Virus record (IMG/VR): IMGVR_UViG_3300045988_123515
Location: 15,468 to 79,467 of that record
DNA: 64,000 nt
Origin: a virus
Direction: 5' to 3' (one strand)
Shown here: piece by piece, positions 63,073 to 64,000 of the stretch
How positions within the stretch are numbered: position 1 is the stretch's first letter
Layout of the letters: every line of letters begins with the position of its first letter
The notes under the pieces: model-generated
Told to the model about the DNA's origin: nothing
Database searches by the model: none
What the model saw: only the letters and a program-made list of their open reading frames with translations
Translations under genes and position numbers: made by a program

Positions 63073-64000
63073 GAAAGAAATCGCAGAAATTAAGAAACAG
63101 TTTACTCCAGCCAATTGCACAATCACACGCATTTGTGGTTGTTATGTGGACGCAGAAAAGAACAAGAAAACCAAAATTAAAGAAGCATTCCTGTCTCTTC
63201 CAGAGGAAGAAATGTTTAAGTATTTTGACATTTTCAAGAAAACCATGTCTGGCAGACTTGGAAAAAACCTTATGAGCCTTGATTTTCCATTATCACAGGA
63301 AAAAGAGGGTGGAACACAAGAATTTCTTATGCAGATCAGAGCAAGTAAGCTTAAAGATGATGAGCTTTTGGACGAGTTCTACGACAAAGTGATTGAAAAT
63401 TACGATTATCACGAAAATTACTACATAGTTCTCATTCATGCAGTATATGACATTCCCGGAAAAGCTTCTGATGGAACCGAAATGCACGATGCATCAGAAG
63501 AAATTTATGAACACATTCTGTGCAGCATTTGTCCAGTAAATCTTTCAAAGGCTGGGCTTAGCTATGATGTGGCTGAAAATAACATCAAAGACAGAATTCG
63601 TGATTGGGTAGTCTCAAGACCAGAAACAGGATTCTTATTCCCTGTATTCAATGACAGAAGCACTGATATTCATGGAACCTTGTATTTCAACAAAAACATA
63701 AAGAATATTCATCCTGACTTCATCGAAAATGTTCTTGGCACACCAATTCCACGTATACCCGGAAACGAGATCAATGTCTTTTCAGATTTTATCATGGACA
63801 ATTTCGAAGGAAATATAACATTCAATTTCGCGGAAAGTCTGGTTGAATCTTTGCATGAAATAAGAGAACAGAAGAAAGACATCCCGGAGATGGTAACCGT
63901 GTCATGTGATGAAATGGAACAGATTTTTGGATATTGCGGAGTTCCAGACGAGAAGTTGTCGGATTTCAAAGAAAAGTGGGAAATGTATTTCAGCAATGAG
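63065..64000 (+). CDS. DUF4317-like protein, 3' end outside the window
   Basis: The frame is open from ATG 63065 to the window edge. The N-terminus is MNKKEIAEIKKQFTPANCTITRICGCYVD. Confidence 0.45.
   Translation, partial: MNKKEIAEIKKQFTPANCTITRICGCYVDAEKNKKTKIKEAFLSLPEEEMFKYFDIFKKTMSGRLGKNLMSLDFPLSQEKEGGTQEFLMQIRASKLKDDELLDEFYDKVIENYDYHENYYIVLIHAVYDIPGKASDGTEMHDASEEIYEHILCSICPVNLSKAGLSYDVAENNIKDRIRDWVVSRPETGFLFPVFNDRSTDIHGTLYFNKNIKNIHPDFIENVLGTPIPRIPGNEINVFSDFIMDNFEGNITFNFAESLVESLHEIREQKKDIPEMVTVSCDEMEQIFGYCGVPDEKLSDFKEKWEMYFSNE

Noticed and set aside
1-64000. Stop-codon reassignment, suspected because of the odd tRNA-like genes
   Set aside because: Long uninterrupted ORFs with good RBSs are obtained throughout under the standard code. 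The non-coding gaps contain all three stop codons in every + frame.

Overview
The whole 64-kb window reads as one contiguous, low-GC, Firmicutes/Clostridia-style temperate siphovirus genome or prophage interior. No host genes are recognisable, and almost every gene is on the + strand with AGGAGG-type ribosome binding sites (RBS). Gene order: a 5'-truncated vWA protein plus two tRNA-like RNAs; small early ORFs and a BRO-N antirepressor; the packaging and head module (terL, HNH, sigma-r4-like regulator, portal, MuF, scaffold, decoration, major capsid, connector); a low-complexity protein island; neck and beta-helix proteins; the tail module (holin, tube, G/GT chaperone with a UUUUUUA slip site, a 2155-aa tape measure); an inserted three-gene unit; Dit/Tal/fibre; a tyrosine recombinase; a GH25-CHAP-SH3b endolysin; the immunity region (RHH, three Ant-like proteins, XRE repressor, operators); then a recombination/replication/modification region (OB-fold, Rad50-like ATPase, RecT-like, DGR, MBL hydrolase, SSB, C5 and DPPY methyltransferases, GIY-YIG, PAPS reductase, MazG). 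The most interesting signals are: (1) an invertible 601-bp segment that swaps the fibre C-terminus, next to the recombinase; (2) a complete DGR with two tandem targets in the early region; (3) two motif-rich non-coding gaps flanking a 198-aa protein; (4) anticodon-arm-defective tRNA mimics beside the vWA gene; (5) three copies of a phased GATAC/-10/terminator module; (6) a possible -1 frameshift extension of the capsid protein. All family assignments come from motifs read by eye and no searches were run. terS, the host and attP were not identified.
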